37,355 nucleotides of DNA, taken from IMG/VR virus record IMGVR_UViG_3300028829_002503; one strand, given 5' to 3'. The first letter of the stretch is position 1, and every line of letters begins with the position of its first letter. The translations under genes and the position numbers were made by a program. The notes under the pieces are model-generated. The model did not search any database. It was not told the origin of the DNA and saw nothing but the letters and a program-made list of their open reading frames with translations. This document shows, one piece after another, positions 35,638-37,355 of this stretch. Source of the stretch: a virus.

Positions 35638-37355
35638 TTATTCGCCTACTAATTCAGATTGTGCTAATTGTGTAATTATTTTTACATCATTTGATGTAGT
35701 AACTGCCATAAATATTTCATTCAATGCACATGATATACTTAACAAGTTTGTAAAGTTGTTCGATGCATATTTTGGTGTAATAACTACACTAGATATATAG
35801 TCTCCTAGTTCTTTGTGAAGGTATGCCGCTAACTCTGAGAAATAGAATGTGTCTCCAAATTCCCAATTATCAAGGGCAAAGTATTCATTTACTTTTGTAG
35901 ATACTGCTGTTTTAATTTCACTATCAGTATATCCTACACCTAGTTTCTTAATGACTTTAAAAATCGCTTGGTTCTCATTTTTTGCATATGAACCAAACAG
36001 ATATTTAAATTCTACAGGTATATAAGCAATATGGTCAGCCATTGCTGCCTTTGGTTCTATACTGTCCATTATTTTAGATAGTTCAAAGTTGTTAGGAGCG
36101 ACTGGTGTAGTTGCTGTAAAATTGCCTGCTACCCATTCGTTTACTTCTCTGACATAATCAGAACCCAATACATACATGTCAACAATATTACTAGTACTTG
36201 GATTTATTCTCTTATCTATGTCAGCATAGTGTTCCCATCTGAAACTCGTAAACCTGTCTTCAACAAAAGTTGTTCCTTCTACTACTCTATACTGAATACT
36301 ATTATAATTAATTTGTATTAAATCACCAACTGATTGGTCTACGTGTCCTGTTAATGGACTCCAAGCACCCAACTCTCTTCTTCTCCAGATGCCATCTGTT
36401 GTATTGTAGTAGATTGATGCTGTGTCTGGAACTAAATTTGCATTAGAAGCCGCCACAACACTGACTGATGCTCTTTCGAATGTTATGTTATTATCTATAT
36501 ATTGTTCTAAAACGATTTTCTCATCTTCAGTCACCTCAAGAATTGCAAAAGGATTGTCATTTATATCTGATGTTAGCAACTTAACTTTAGTATTATCTAT
36601 GTAACCGCTCAATGTAGTGTAATCATCATGGATATATGATGCAACTGTTTTATACGTAATAGTAGTATTAGAATTATTATTTGCTATATCAAACGTTGCT
36701 TTAACTCTTACTGAATAGTTTGCAAGGTCAGATAACGTTGGTGCAACTCCAAGGAATACATCAATAAGGTCTCCAACATTCACTGCATATGTCCAGAAAA
36801 CAATCTTGTATGTCGTTCCTGTTGTGTTCGTAACTGTAATATGTTCATTATCTAACACAACTCCATTTGCGTCTCTTAGTACAATGTTACTTGTAGTAAG
36901 CGGGTCAGTTCCAGTAGCATTTGTTATTGTAAACTCACCATAAGCATATTGTTTAAATTTTATATCATTATCTAGGTAATTTATTGTTCCTGAATCTGTA
37001 GTAGATATAGTGAATGTATATTCATCTGTAGCCGGTGATGGTCCAGAATATGTTGTTATGTAATTGTTACTTTCAAAGTTATCAGATTCATCTCTCCAAA
37101 CAAAATTACTTGTAGTTGCCGCAGAGTTAAAATAAGCCAACGATACTTTTCCTTTGAATCCCAAATCTTCTATATTCTGTGTAGATTTTACAGTATGTGC
37201 ATCAACATTGTCTGCCACATTACCAGTATATCCACCTGTAAATGCAACTACGTCAACTGATAAGTTTGTATCTGATGAGGAACTTGTTGGGACATCTTGT
37301 TGTATAGAAGTAGACAAGTCTGTTAAATCTGCTAGGTCTGATACTGCGAAACTTA
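35638..37355 (-). CDS. Baseplate wedge protein (T4 gp6-like C-terminus), 5'-partial
   Basis: The frame stays open from 37317 to the window edge, so the track's TTG is not the start. The C-terminal VNEYFALDNWEFGDTFYFSELAAYLH...ISSVVI resembles gp6/baseplate-J C-terminal domains. Confidence 0.65.
   Translation of the reverse strand, partial: SFAVSDLADLTDLSTSIQQDVPTSSSSDTNLSVDVVAFTGGYTGNVADNVDAHTVKSTQNIEDLGFKGKVSLAYFNSAATTSNFVWRDESDNFESNNYITTYSGPSPATDEYTFTISTTDSGTINYLDNDIKFKQYAYGEFTITNATGTDPLTTSNIVLRDANGVVLDNEHITVTNTTGTTYKIVFWTYAVNVGDLIDVFLGVAPTLSDLANYSVRVKATFDIANNNSNTTITYKTVASYIHDDYTTLSGYIDNTKVKLLTSDINDNPFAILEVTEDEKIVLEQYIDNNITFERASVSVVAASNANLVPDTASIYYNTTDGIWRRRELGAWSPLTGHVDQSVGDLIQINYNSIQYRVVEGTTFVEDRFTSFRWEHYADIDKRINPSTSNIVDMYVLGSDYVREVNEWVAGNFTATTPVAPNNFELSKIMDSIEPKAAMADHIAYIPVEFKYLFGSYAKNENQAIFKVIKKLGVGYTDSEIKTAVSTKVNEYFALDNWEFGDTFYFSELAAYLHKELGDYISSVVITPKYASNNFTNLLSISCALNEIFMAVTTSNDVKIITQLAQSELVGE

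Noticed and set aside
1256-36604. Many short ORFs in the track (mostly plus strand, 60-121 aa)
   Set aside because: They lie antisense to, or out of frame within, long motif-bearing genes and show no recognisable motifs; treated as shadow ORFs.
1-37355. CRISPR array, transposase/integrase, tRNA genes, stop-codon reassignment
   Set aside because: No regular DNA repeats or mobile-element motifs were seen; TAA, TAG and TGA all end tightly coupled genes under the standard bacterial code.

Overview
AT-rich, very densely coded segment that reads as part of a large T4-related (myovirus/jumbo-type) phage genome. The phage call is inferred from baseplate/tail-like proteins, a TATAAATA late-promoter motif and phage-style gene packing. 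Almost everything is on the minus strand. From the right end: (1) a virion structural block (partial gp6-like baseplate wedge, a 2970-aa giant, and 215-aa and 305-aa tail/baseplate-like proteins); (2) a ~126-nt rod-shaped candidate ncRNA and a terminator; (3) a sigma70-type promoter heading a 22-gene, ~21 kb run with gaps of at most 3 nt. That run encodes three GT-A glycosyltransferase-like proteins, six twitch/SPASM radical SAM enzymes (five with the twitch domain N-terminal), a sulfotransferase, an SGNH protein, a GT10-like protein, a cupin, a short DegT aminotransferase, sugar C- and O-methyltransferases, a thioredoxin-fold protein, a short NDP-sugar dehydrogenase and an epimerase; (4) a lone plus-strand secreted FG-GAP/VCBS protein with a consensus sigma70 promoter; (5) a second SGNH + GT10-like pair running off the left edge. 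The best candidate for a new system is a phage pathway that builds a heavily tailored glycan using several radical SAM enzymes, placed directly downstream of Ser/Thr-rich virion proteins. All family calls come from motifs read by eye; no searches were run.
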